Shown in pieces: positions 55,603 to 64,000 of a stretch of DNA of 64,000 nt (position 1 is its first letter; the number at the start of each line of letters is the position of its first letter). The DNA lies in assembly GCA_035253825.1 (NCBI GenBank), contig DATFBM010000033.1, forward strand, positions 12,265 to 76,264, given 5' to 3'. Position numbers and translations under genes: made by a program. This DNA comes from Acidimicrobiia bacterium (GTDB taxonomy: Bacteria > Actinomycetota > Acidimicrobiia > Spongiisociales > ZC4RG35). The notes beneath the pieces are model-generated. The model ran no database searches. It saw only the letters and a list, made by a program, of their open reading frames with translations, and was not told where the DNA came from.

Positions 55603-55651
55603 TGGCCCGGGGACACTACGTTACGAGCATCCTGACGAGTCAAGGGGCGGC

Positions 55652-56560
55652 TTGAACGCGCAAGCGGGCGTTACGACTACAACATGGTCCCGGGGAAGGA
55701 AGCTCGCATTCGCGGTCCTCGCCGCGGCCTACGGATTGCTCTTAATCAGTCCGCTTTCCCTGTTGCCGTATGCACTCATCGGCTGGCTCTTGACCGGCAA
55801 CGGGACGTCTCATCGTGTGCACGAGGTGTCGATCGGGGTCATGTTCGTGATCAGCTTGATCGGTGTTCTCGCCCAGGTTCGGTCCACCGCCGCCAAGGTC
55901 GCTCCTATGCAGCAGGTGGGCGTGCCGATCCTGGTCTTGATCATTGTCGAGCTCCTGGTGAACGGCCTCGGGCCCGACACCGGGTTCCTCTTTCTTCTCT
56001 TCGGCGTCCCCCCGATCCTTTTGGCGCTCTTGCATCCGTCCCGGCGTCAGGTCTTCAAACCGACTTCACAGCCCTCGCGGGCGCTCCTGACCACGGCGGT
56101 GTTGTTGGCCATCCCGGGGCTGATCTTCGCCGTCGCCCAGACCCGGGCCGGCGTCGAGGCGGCCGAACTCGGCGCCCCCGTTTTTGCGGAACTCGATATC
56201 CCCGACGACGCCAGCCCGGCAGAGTTCGAGCAGGCGATTTCAGAGGTCTTCGACGAGCTCGGCGTTCCCGAGGAACAGCGGGAGACCATCCAGCATTCAG
56301 GCCACTGGTCGGCAATGGCCGCGTTCGCCATCGGCCTTGTGATCCTGGCCTTTGTCGTGGCGATCCGGGTTCGGGGCTTTCGGGTCACCGCCTGGTCGGT
56401 CGGGTTGGCAGTTGCCTACTACGGGATTGTTTCCCTGGCCACACCCGACGATGCCTCCTCCGCCGGTCTCGGCGGGATCCTTTGTCTGCTCTGGGGGGTT
56501 GTATTTATCGCTCTTGCCGAGCGAGATGCGCGCACCGCCGCCTTCCCGTCCACCTTCTAG
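55652..56560 (+). CDS. Polytopic membrane protein, unknown function
   Basis: The TTG at 55652 is the first start clear of the divergent gene. About 8 hydrophobic helices with an acidic loop ELDIPDDASPAEFEQAISEVFDELGVPEEQ. Confidence 0.5.
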   Translation: MNAQAGVTTTTWSRGRKLAFAVLAAAYGLLLISPLSLLPYALIGWLLTGNGTSHRVHEVSIGVMFVISLIGVLAQVRSTAAKVAPMQQVGVPILVLIIVELLVNGLGPDTGFLFLLFGVPPILLALLHPSRRQVFKPTSQPSRALLTTAVLLAIPGLIFAVAQTRAGVEAAELGAPVFAELDIPDDASPAEFEQAISEVFDELGVPEEQRETIQHSGHWSAMAAFAIGLVILAFVVAIRVRGFRVTAWSVGLAVAYYGIVSLATPDDASSAGLGGILCLLWGVVFIALAERDARTAAFPSTF

Positions 56561-56579
56561 GGCATGCCCCCGAAAGCGC

Positions 56580-56609
56580 TTGACAATCGCTCCCTGGGCT
56601 TTGTATGTT
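56580..56609 (+). promoter_or_regulatory. Sigma-70-type promoter of the ROK / amino-sugar operon
   Basis: TTGACA, an 18-nt spacer, then TATGTT. The small palindrome TGAA-CT-TTCA lies just downstream. Confidence 0.5.
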
Positions 56610-56639
56610 TACTGAACTTTCATCACCTGGCGGGGCAGC

Positions 56640-57827
56640 ATGTCGACGGAAAACTCAGGCGGTCGGACCCATCGGATCCCGTCCAAGGCGACCAAGCATG
56701 ATTCCCGCCGCAACAACCTGCGGACCACTCTGGAGTTGGTGTCCCACGAGCGGCAGACAAGCCGGGCCGAGATCGCTCGCCAGACCGGACTCACCCGAGC
56801 GGCGGTGTCGAGCTTGGTGGCCGAGCTTCTCGATCAGGGTCTGATCCGTGAAGTCGGGCAGGGAACGTCGGCCGGAGGCAAGCCACCCACTCTTCTCGCC
56901 CTCAACCAGCGAGGGCGAGACATCGTCGCCATCGACCTCGGCCGCCGACCCTTCCGAGCCGCATTGGTCGACCTCGGTGGGCGCATCCACGAACGGGTCG
57001 ACGCCACCCCCGAGGCGAAACCCGTGCGAGCCGAAGCCGCCCGCGAGCAGACCGCTCAGCTGATCAAGGAAGTCCTCAGCCGGGCCGCCGCCCCGGTGCT
57101 CGGCATCGGGGTCGGAACCCCGGGGGTTGTTGACGCCGACGGGAGGGTGATCGAATCCGCCAATCTGGCGTGGCACAGCCTCGATCTGGCTGCCGACCTC
57201 CGTCGCCGCTTCTCGATTCCTGTTTCCGTAACCAACGACGCTCAGGCGGCGGCCCTCGCCGAATACCGCCGGCACGGCGCCGAGCGGCGGAATCTGCTTT
57301 TGCTCAAGATTGGGAGGGGGATCGGTTCCGGGGTTGTCATCGACGGAGCGCTCTACCGCGGTGACCACTCGGCGGCGGGCGAGATTGGCCACGTACAGGT
57401 CAAAGACGATGGTGACCTCTGCACTTGCGGCAACCAGGGATGCCTCGAAACCGTAGCCAGCGTTCCCGCCATCCTTCGGCGCATGGGAGCGGACCCAGAG
57501 CGGGATGCCTGGGACGCCCTGACCCTGGCGGGAATCGCCGGCGAAGAACCGGTCCTTCGTTCCATTCGTGAGGCGGGTCGTCACCTGGGCACCGTGCTCG
57601 CCACGGTCTTGGCGATGCTCGACATAGGCCAGGTCACGATCGCCTCGGACCTTCGCAATGCAGGTGACGTTCTCATTGAAGAAGTTCGCTCGTCGATTCG
57701 GAGACGGATGCTCCCGGGAACTGCTGAGCTGGTCGAAATCGCTACGACCCCGCTCGGTGCGGACCTTGTCCTGGCGGGAGCGGCATCCGCTGTCTTGGCC
57801 GATCGTTTAGGTGTCGTCCTTCGATGA
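56640..57827 (+). CDS. ROK-family transcriptional regulator (NagC/XylR type)
   Basis: N-terminal winged HTH (NNLRTTLELVSHERQTSRAEIARQTGLTRAAVSSLVAELLDQGLI) followed by a ROK sugar-kinase-like fold with the CxCGxxGC cluster. Confidence 0.88.
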   Translation: MSTENSGGRTHRIPSKATKHDSRRNNLRTTLELVSHERQTSRAEIARQTGLTRAAVSSLVAELLDQGLIREVGQGTSAGGKPPTLLALNQRGRDIVAIDLGRRPFRAALVDLGGRIHERVDATPEAKPVRAEAAREQTAQLIKEVLSRAAAPVLGIGVGTPGVVDADGRVIESANLAWHSLDLAADLRRRFSIPVSVTNDAQAAALAEYRRHGAERRNLLLLKIGRGIGSGVVIDGALYRGDHSAAGEIGHVQVKDDGDLCTCGNQGCLETVASVPAILRRMGADPERDAWDALTLAGIAGEEPVLRSIREAGRHLGTVLATVLAMLDIGQVTIASDLRNAGDVLIEEVRSSIRRRMLPGTAELVEIATTPLGADLVLAGAASAVLADRLGVVLR

Positions 57828-58756
57828 CGGTCACCGTCGGAGTCGACATCGGAGGTACTTCGGTCCGCGCCATGGCTTTCGATGAGTCGGGCACCGCATA
57901 TGCCCGCTCGCAAGTTCCGACCGCGGTCGGCGGAGGTGAACGGGTAATCGAATCGGTTCTCGAAGCCTGGTCGGACCTGGCGCTGGAAGAGGTCGTCGAC
58001 GTGGCCGGAGTTGGGGTTCCAGGAAGAGTGGATCCCGCCACGGGGGATGTGCGGCTGGCCGTCAACTTGGGTATCGGTGATGATCCATATCCGCTCGGTC
58101 CCGCCCTATCCGAACAGCTAGGGGTCCCGATCACGGTTGAGAACGACGTCAAGGTCGCCGCACTGGGCATCCATGAGGCGCTCAAGAAACGCAATTCGGC
58201 GCCAACCAGTCTCGTGCTGCTCAACATCGGCACGGGCATCTCCGCTGGTGTCGTCATCGAGGGGAACCTGTACCGCGGTAGCCATGGGATGGCGGGTGAG
58301 ATCGGACACGTGGTGGTCGACGAGCTGGGGGCGGTCTGTGCCTGCGGTCAAACGGGGTGCCTCGAGGCGGTTGCCGCCGGACCCGCCATCGCCCGGCTCA
58401 CACCCGACCTCGCCCCGAACGACGTCGCCACACAGGTCAGCCGGTTCATCGCCGAGGCCATCACCTGGATCGCAGCCACCTTCGACCCCGAGAAGATCTA
58501 TCTCGGTGGCGGGGTGAGTCAAGCGGGCGACACCTTCCTGGACTCGGTACGGGGACGGCTGCGCGAGGTGGCGAAGAACTCGAGTCTGGCCGCCCAACGT
58601 ATCGATCCCAACGCCGTCACGCTGGCCCCAATCGATGGATCGACCGGGCCCCGCGGAGCCGCGGTCCTCGCCCAGCGAGCCCAAGCCAACAGGGTTCTCA
58701 CCAGTTTCATACCGAGCAAAGCAACAAGCACACCAACCGACGGAGGAGAGATATGA
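57824..58756 (+). CDS. ROK-family sugar kinase (glucokinase / N-acetylglucosamine kinase type)
   Basis: VGVDIGGTSVRA ATP motif and CACGQTGCLEA zinc motif. ATGA overlap with the regulator. Confidence 0.85.
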   Translation: MTVTVGVDIGGTSVRAMAFDESGTAYARSQVPTAVGGGERVIESVLEAWSDLALEEVVDVAGVGVPGRVDPATGDVRLAVNLGIGDDPYPLGPALSEQLGVPITVENDVKVAALGIHEALKKRNSAPTSLVLLNIGTGISAGVVIEGNLYRGSHGMAGEIGHVVVDELGAVCACGQTGCLEAVAAGPAIARLTPDLAPNDVATQVSRFIAEAITWIAATFDPEKIYLGGGVSQAGDTFLDSVRGRLREVAKNSSLAAQRIDPNAVTLAPIDGSTGPRGAAVLAQRAQANRVLTSFIPSKATSTPTDGGEI

Positions 58757-60198
58757 GAAATCGAACCTGGTTGTTGGTGGTCGTGAGCCTGGCCCTAGTC
58801 GTCGCCGCCTGTGGAGGCGGAGGCGCAGGGACGACGACGGCTGCGCCCACCGCAACCACCCAGGGCGAGGCGCCTGCCACCACGGCTGCCCCGGCCGAAA
58901 CCACCACCAGCGGGGCTCCGGTAGCCGAGACGCCATACGAGCATCTCAATCAGGCATACGCCGGCGACTTCGAGGGCACGACGGTCGAGATTGTGGCCCA
59001 ATGGCAAGACGCGGAAGCGGACAACTTCAACGCCTCGCTCCAGCCCTTCCGTGACGCCACGGGGATCGACGTGGTCTTCGAACCAACGCCCGAGTATGAA
59101 ACGGTCTTACAGGCGCGAGTCGACGGGGGCGACGCCCCCGATCTGGCTCAGATCGCGCAGCCCGGAAAGATGGTGCAATACGCCGAGGCCGGTCAGCTAG
59201 TCAACCTCAGTGACTGGTTCAACGTCGACCAGCTCTCCAACGATCTGGTCGGTGGCTTCGTCGAGCTGGGATCACACAACGGAGACCTCTACGGAGTGTT
59301 TTTCAAAACCGACGTCAAGTCGATCGTGTGGTATCCAGTCCAGGGCTTCGCCGATGCCGGCTATGCGGTCCCCACGACCTGGGATGAGTTGCTGGCGCTG
59401 AGCGATCAGATAGTGGCCGATGGCACCAGCCCCTGGTGCATCTCCATCGAGAGCCAGGCAGCAGATGGTTGGGTAGCAACCGACTGGATGGAGGACATCC
59501 TGTTGCGAACCGCGCCCCCGGACATCTATCGGCAGTGGTACGCGCACGAGATTCCGTTTAACCACCCCGAAGTCCTCGAAGCTGCTGAGCTAATGCGGCA
59601 GATCTGGTTCACGCCCGGTTATGCCTATGGCGGAAGCACCTACATCAACAACACCTTCATCGGCGATACCCAGGATCCGATGTTCGACCCGGCCGGACCA
59701 CAGTGCTGGATGCAGAAGCAGGCAGCCTGGATCCCAGGCTTCTGGGGGGCGAACAAGGATGCCGCCTCACCCGACGAATGGCCGAACGTGCCAGGCGAGG
59801 ATGTCTCCTTCTTTTACCTGCCGCCGATCGAAGAGGAATTCGGGAATCCGGTGTTGGGAGCTGGCGACATGATCGTCATGTTCAACGACCGGCCTGAGGT
59901 GCGAGCTCTGCTCGAGTACCTGGCGACGCCCGAAGCGGCTCGAGGATGGATCGAGCGTGGGGGCTTTGTCTCCCCCAACAAGACCGTTCCGGTCGAGTGG
60001 TACTCCGGATACCCCAACCCGGAACTGGCGGCGCTGATCGCCGACGCCACCACTTTCGGTTTCGATGCATCGGACCTGATGCCGGCCGAGGTGGGTGCCG
60101 GGACCTTCTGGGAAGGGATGGTGGAATGGGTCGCCGCCGATGGCGAGGGCACCGAGACCATCTTCGAGGAGATCGAATCAAGCTGGCCATCCAGCTGA
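58753..60198 (+). CDS. CUT1-family ABC transporter sugar-binding lipoprotein
   Basis: ATG 58753 overlaps the preceding stop. Lipobox LALVVAAC followed by a T/A/P-rich linker. Confidence 0.85.
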   Translation: MRNRTWLLVVVSLALVVAACGGGGAGTTTAAPTATTQGEAPATTAAPAETTTSGAPVAETPYEHLNQAYAGDFEGTTVEIVAQWQDAEADNFNASLQPFRDATGIDVVFEPTPEYETVLQARVDGGDAPDLAQIAQPGKMVQYAEAGQLVNLSDWFNVDQLSNDLVGGFVELGSHNGDLYGVFFKTDVKSIVWYPVQGFADAGYAVPTTWDELLALSDQIVADGTSPWCISIESQAADGWVATDWMEDILLRTAPPDIYRQWYAHEIPFNHPEVLEAAELMRQIWFTPGYAYGGSTYINNTFIGDTQDPMFDPAGPQCWMQKQAAWIPGFWGANKDAASPDEWPNVPGEDVSFFYLPPIEEEFGNPVLGAGDMIVMFNDRPEVRALLEYLATPEAARGWIERGGFVSPNKTVPVEWYSGYPNPELAALIADATTFGFDASDLMPAEVGAGTFWEGMVEWVAADGEGTETIFEEIESSWPSS

Positions 60199-60219
60199 GT
60201 TAGCACCAAACAGGTTGTT

Positions 60220-60245
60220 GGCCGGGAGGCGCTCGCCTCCCGGCC
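60220..60245 (+). other. Intercistronic GC hairpin after the binding-protein gene
   Basis: GGCCGGGAGGC-GCTC-GCCTCCCGGCC (11-bp stem). This is typical of partial terminators or stabilisers that raise binding-protein mRNA relative to permease mRNA. Confidence 0.5.
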
Positions 60246-60261
60246 CTACCGTGAGAATGCC

Positions 60262-61377
60262 TTGACCCAAGCTCTCGAACGCCCAACCCCCAACTCCCGC
60301 TTGATGGGGGCGGTGCGCGATCTAGTCATCGCCGCCGCTGTCACCGCCCTCCTCTGGCTTGGCCTGCGCTTCCTCCGCGATCCCGAGGCGCTGGCCGGCC
60401 TTGGGCCCACCGTCGGGAAGTTGGCTCAGGCTGCCGTCGCCCTCGTCCTCGGCGTCGGCGGGATCTGGGCCCTCTACATGGTGGCGAATTCGCTAGTCGA
60501 GCACCTGCCGGCGCGGATGGTGGTCGTCCTCCGACCCTGGGTCTTCGTGCTGCCGGCAATTGCCATCGTGACCCTCTATCTCATCTATCCGGCTATCGGC
60601 ACCTTCATTCAGAGCATCACAGACGTGCCCGAAGGACAAGGCGCCTTGGCTAATTACACCAATGCCTTCGGGGACGAGGATGTGCGGCTCGCCATTCGCA
60701 ACAACCTCATCTGGCTGGCGGTGGCACCGGCGATCTCGGTGGCCATCGGCTTGGCTTTCGCGGCCATGGTCGACCGCATCAAGCACGAGGCTCTGGCCAA
60801 GTCTTTTGTTTTCCTGCCACTAGCCATCTCGATGGTGGGAGCCTCAGTCATCTGGCGGTTTGTTTATGCCTGGCGGCCTCCCGGACAGCAGCAGACCGGC
60901 ATTCTCAACGCAGTCGTTGTTGCCTTCGGCGGCGAGCCGATCCCCTGGCTGCAGGAGATACCCGCCAATACCTTGGCCCTGATCGGGATCATGGTGTGGC
61001 TTCAGGTCGGATTCGCCATGGTGGTGCTGTCAGCGGCCATCAAGGGTGTCCCCCACGAGCTCACCGAAGCCGCCCGTATCGACGGCGCCTCCGAATTGCA
61101 GACTTTCTTCCGGATTCTCGTTCCGTCGATTCGGGGTTCCATCATCACCGTTTTCACCACGATCGCCATTGGGGTGCTCAAGGTCTTCGACATCGTGTTC
61201 GTGATGACCGGCGGGAAATTCAACACCAACGTGGTGGCGGTCCGCATGTTCGACGAGATGTTCAGGTTCCGGAACTTTGGCCAGGCGACGACGATGGCGG
61301 TCATTCTGTTCGTCGCAGTGGTGCCGATCATGGTCGTGAACGTTCGCAACCTCAGGCGACAGGGCATCGGCTCATGA
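60262..61377 (+). CDS. Carbohydrate ABC transporter permease (MalF-like)
   Basis: Six or more TM helices and the EAA loop EAARIDGASELQTFFRILVP. Confidence 0.88.
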   Translation: MTQALERPTPNSRLMGAVRDLVIAAAVTALLWLGLRFLRDPEALAGLGPTVGKLAQAAVALVLGVGGIWALYMVANSLVEHLPARMVVVLRPWVFVLPAIAIVTLYLIYPAIGTFIQSITDVPEGQGALANYTNAFGDEDVRLAIRNNLIWLAVAPAISVAIGLAFAAMVDRIKHEALAKSFVFLPLAISMVGASVIWRFVYAWRPPGQQQTGILNAVVVAFGGEPIPWLQEIPANTLALIGIMVWLQVGFAMVVLSAAIKGVPHELTEAARIDGASELQTFFRILVPSIRGSIITVFTTIAIGVLKVFDIVFVMTGGKFNTNVVAVRMFDEMFRFRNFGQATTMAVILFVAVVPIMVVNVRNLRRQGIGS

Positions 61378-62288
61378 CCGCTACTGATGTCACCCTCGGC
61401 GCCCAGAGTCAGGCCACTGCCGCCAATGTCCTGAGGTCACCCCGGTCAACCAGGGAAGGTCGCTGGCTGGTGAGGCTGAGCGTCTTCGCCATCGTCGTGG
61501 CCTGGACGCTGCCGACCCTGGGATTGTTGGTGAGCTCCTTCCGCCCCGGCAGCGAGATCGCCCTCTCCGGTTGGTGGGCCGCGATTGCGCAGCCATTCCG
61601 GTCGCAGTGGACCCTTGACAACTATGCCCGGGTCCTGACCGAGGACGGGATGTTCGACGCTTTCGTCAACAGCCTCATCGTCACCATTCCCTCCACAGTG
61701 ATCCCGATCACGATCGCCGCCTTCGCCGCCTTTGCCTTCGCGTGGACCAGGTTCCGTGGTCGGGGTTTTCTCTTCGCCGTGATTGTCGGCCTCCTTGTGG
61801 TCCCCCTCCAGATGTCCCTGGTCCCTCTTCTCAGGGTCTATCAGTCGACGGGCCTCACCGGCAGTTTCATCGGGATCTGGCTGGCGCACACCGGCTTCGG
61901 CCTGCCCCTGGCGATCTATCTCCTCTTCAACTACATCTCACAGCTCCCGCGCGACATCTTCGAATCGGCTTACGTGGATGGGGCTACTCCCTTCACCGCC
62001 TTCACCAGGCTCGTGCTTCCGCTCTCCTTCCCCGCCCTCGCCTCCTTCGCCATCTTCCAGTTTCTCTGGGTATGGAACGATCTCCTGGTTTCCCTGGTCT
62101 ACCTGGGAACCAGCTCGGATGTCGCCGTCCTCACCGTCAAACTCGCTTCCCTAGTGGGGACCCGGGGTGAGGCCTGGCACCTTCTGACCGCGGCCGGGTT
62201 CGTGTCGATGATCATTCCTCTGGTGGTGTTCCTCGCTCTCCAGCGCTTCTTTGTGCGCGGTCTCCTGGCGGGATCGGTCAAAGGCTAA
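61374..62288 (+). CDS. Carbohydrate ABC transporter permease (MalG-like)
   Basis: ATG 61374 overlaps the preceding stop. EAA loop ESAYVDGATPFTAFTRLVLP. Confidence 0.88.
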   Translation: MTATDVTLGAQSQATAANVLRSPRSTREGRWLVRLSVFAIVVAWTLPTLGLLVSSFRPGSEIALSGWWAAIAQPFRSQWTLDNYARVLTEDGMFDAFVNSLIVTIPSTVIPITIAAFAAFAFAWTRFRGRGFLFAVIVGLLVVPLQMSLVPLLRVYQSTGLTGSFIGIWLAHTGFGLPLAIYLLFNYISQLPRDIFESAYVDGATPFTAFTRLVLPLSFPALASFAIFQFLWVWNDLLVSLVYLGTSSDVAVLTVKLASLVGTRGEAWHLLTAAGFVSMIIPLVVFLALQRFFVRGLLAGSVKG

Positions 62289-62292
62289 CCCG

Positions 62293-63807
62293 GTGGCCAC
62301 CGGCGACGGCGCCACCGCCCTGATCGCCTTCGAAGGTCTGGAAGTCGACCAGGGCTTGCGCCACCTGCTGGCCGACGCTCGCGTGGCCGGAGTGACTCTT
62401 TACGGACGGCTCAACATCGACAACGCCGAGCAGACCCGACGCCTTACAGAGGACATCCAGGAGGCCGCCGGGCGTCCGCTGCTGATCGCCGTCGATCAGG
62501 AAGGGGGCCAGCTCACCGCCGCCGGCCCCGAGACGACTCATTTCGCCGGCAACATGGCACTGGGAGCGACCCGTGATCCCGGATTGGCCGAGCAGGTGGG
62601 ACGGGCGATCGGGAGCGAGCTGCGGGCGTTGGGCATCACAGTCAATTACGCCCCGGTTGCAGACGTTGCCAGCCGCCCCTGGAACCCCTCCCTAGGCATC
62701 AGGGCCTTCGGCGAGGAACCGGCGCTGGTCGGAGAAATGACCGCCTCCATGGTGGCCGGACTCCAATCCGCCGGAGTGGGCGCCACCATCAAGCACTTCC
62801 CGGGCAAAGGTGAAGCCACTGTGGATCCCCACCATGGCCTGCCGGTTCTCGATCTCGACCTCGACCGACTGGAGCGAGTGGAGTTTCCACCTTTTCGAGC
62901 CGGCATGGAGGCTGGGGCGCGCCTCTTGATGGTGGGTCACTACGGCCTTCCGGCGGTGATCGGCGACCGGACCACTCCAACGTCGATATCCGCAGTGGCG
63001 ATCAAGGAGCTGATTAGAGGACGCCTCGGCTACGAAGGTGTGATCGTCACCGACGCACTTGACATGGGAGGATTTGGCTCCGTCGCTACCGAGCTTCCGC
63101 TTTCCGCCGGGGCCGACCTGCTCCTTTATGGCCCCTCCCAAGTCGGAACCCTCCCCTCATGGCGAGGAAAAGCCAATCCGAGGCTGGAAAAGCTCTTCGC
63201 CTGGATTTCGTCCCATGAACAGCCGCCGCTGACCGCGGTGGGAGCTTCGAATCATCAAGCTCTGGCAGCGACCCTCGCTCGCCGCTCGCTCACCCTGGTC
63301 CGCGATTCCGCGGGCCTGCTTCCCATCAAGATCGGGGCAGACGATCGCATACTGACGGTGATGCCGCGGCCCACCGATCTGACGCCCGCCGACACCTCCT
63401 CAATGGTTCAGCCCGGCCTGGCACCGGCGATCAGGACCCGTCACCGCTCCACCACCGAGTTGCTCATTAACCAGGAACCTTCACAGTCAGAGATCGGAGC
63501 CGTGCTCGAGGCGGCCGCAAACCACGACTTGATCGTCGCCGGGACCATCGATGCCGGTCCCGGGCAGGCGGACTTGGTCGGAGGCCTGATGGAAACGGGC
63601 AAGCCAGTGGTTGCCGTCGCCCTCCGCACTCCTTACGACCTGGCCCGCTATCCCACCGCCGGAACATATGTCTGCACCTACGGGATCCATCCGGCATCGA
63701 TGGAAGCGCTGGCGGCGGCGTTGTTCGGCGAAGCATCGATGAGCGGCCGCCTGCCCGCGGCGGTGCCCGGTTTGTATCCGGTCGGCCACTATGACCAGAA
63801 GCAATGA
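62293..63807 (+). CDS. Glycoside hydrolase family 3 (NagZ-like beta-N-acetylhexosaminidase / beta-glucosidase)
   Basis: LIAVDQEGGQL, NYAPVADV and IKHFPGKGEATVDPH. GTG start 5 nt after the permease stop. Confidence 0.82.
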   Translation: MATGDGATALIAFEGLEVDQGLRHLLADARVAGVTLYGRLNIDNAEQTRRLTEDIQEAAGRPLLIAVDQEGGQLTAAGPETTHFAGNMALGATRDPGLAEQVGRAIGSELRALGITVNYAPVADVASRPWNPSLGIRAFGEEPALVGEMTASMVAGLQSAGVGATIKHFPGKGEATVDPHHGLPVLDLDLDRLERVEFPPFRAGMEAGARLLMVGHYGLPAVIGDRTTPTSISAVAIKELIRGRLGYEGVIVTDALDMGGFGSVATELPLSAGADLLLYGPSQVGTLPSWRGKANPRLEKLFAWISSHEQPPLTAVGASNHQALAATLARRSLTLVRDSAGLLPIKIGADDRILTVMPRPTDLTPADTSSMVQPGLAPAIRTRHRSTTELLINQEPSQSEIGAVLEAAANHDLIVAGTIDAGPGQADLVGGLMETGKPVVAVALRTPYDLARYPTAGTYVCTYGIHPASMEALAAALFGEASMSGRLPAAVPGLYPVGHYDQKQ

Positions 63808-64000
63808 GCATCGGGATAAGCGGCCTCGTCGACATCCAGATCAACGGCGGTTTCGGACACGATTTCACCGAAGATCCCGACTCGATCTGGTTGGTCGGGG
63901 AAAGGCTCACCGAATCCGGGGTCGATGCGTTTCTCCCCACGATCATCTCCTCTCCCCCGGGAACTGTCGAGCAAGCCCTCGCCGTCCTGGCACAAGGTCC
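63804..64000 (+). CDS. nagA: N-acetylglucosamine-6-phosphate deacetylase, N-terminal fragment (runs off the right edge)
   Basis: My translation: MSIGISGLVDIQINGGFGHDFTEDPDSIW.... The ATG overlaps the GH3 stop (ATGA). Confidence 0.7.
   Translation, partial: MSIGISGLVDIQINGGFGHDFTEDPDSIWLVGERLTESGVDAFLPTIISSPPGTVEQALAVLAQG

Noticed and set aside
1-64000. CRISPR arrays, rRNA genes, intact transposases or prophage genes
   Set aside because: I saw no regularly spaced direct repeats, no rRNA-like sequence, and no transposase or phage structural ORFs. The only mobile-element traces are the integrase fragment and the tRNA-derived repeats at 10.1-14.6 kb.

Overview
This is a 64-kb high-GC, densely coding bacterial chromosome segment. 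Gene content and codon bias are actinobacterial in type, but the taxon cannot be assigned from sequence alone. I count about 60 protein genes and one tRNA-Asn(GTT). I see no rRNA and no CRISPR array.

Backbone (about 16-48.5 kb, nearly all on the minus strand): a conserved housekeeping run of comEA-comEC, holA, rpsT, lepA-hemW, hrcA-dnaJ-rsmE, phoH-pgpH-ybeY-corC-era, recO-uppS, glyQS, dnaG-rpoD and leuS. Many junctions are ATGA/GTGA start-stop overlaps.

Left flank: a response-regulator/HEAT/GT2 exopolysaccharide-type operon cut by the window edge, phosphoketolase plus acetate kinase, and a flippase-like plus S51 peptidase pair.

Middle: a decayed ~4.4-kb integrative islet in tRNA-Asn. It carries a TetR regulator and a rifampicin-phosphotransferase-like three-domain kinase.

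Right flank: a K+-channel homologue with an odd filter, a DapB paralogue, the fused mutase IcmF, a ferredoxin, two orphan polytopic membrane proteins, and a ROK-regulated CUT1 ABC / GH3 / NagA amino-sugar locus.

Most noteworthy signals:
- The tRNA-Asn islet and its cargo.
- The RR-HEAT-GT2 operon.
- A ~55-nt intergenic repeat present twice (38.6 kb and 54.2 kb) that no gene model explains.
- A three-gene insertion (exported beta-sandwich protein, divergent DHPS-like protein, degenerate GGDEF receptor-like protein) inside the otherwise conserved comEC-holA junction.
- A ComEC reading frame with no stop at its expected end.

Caveats: ORF-track starts are the most upstream ATG/GTG/TTG, so several are trimmed here. 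Many long ORFs antisense to real genes are GC-driven shadows. All functional calls rest on motif recognition by eye, not on database searches.
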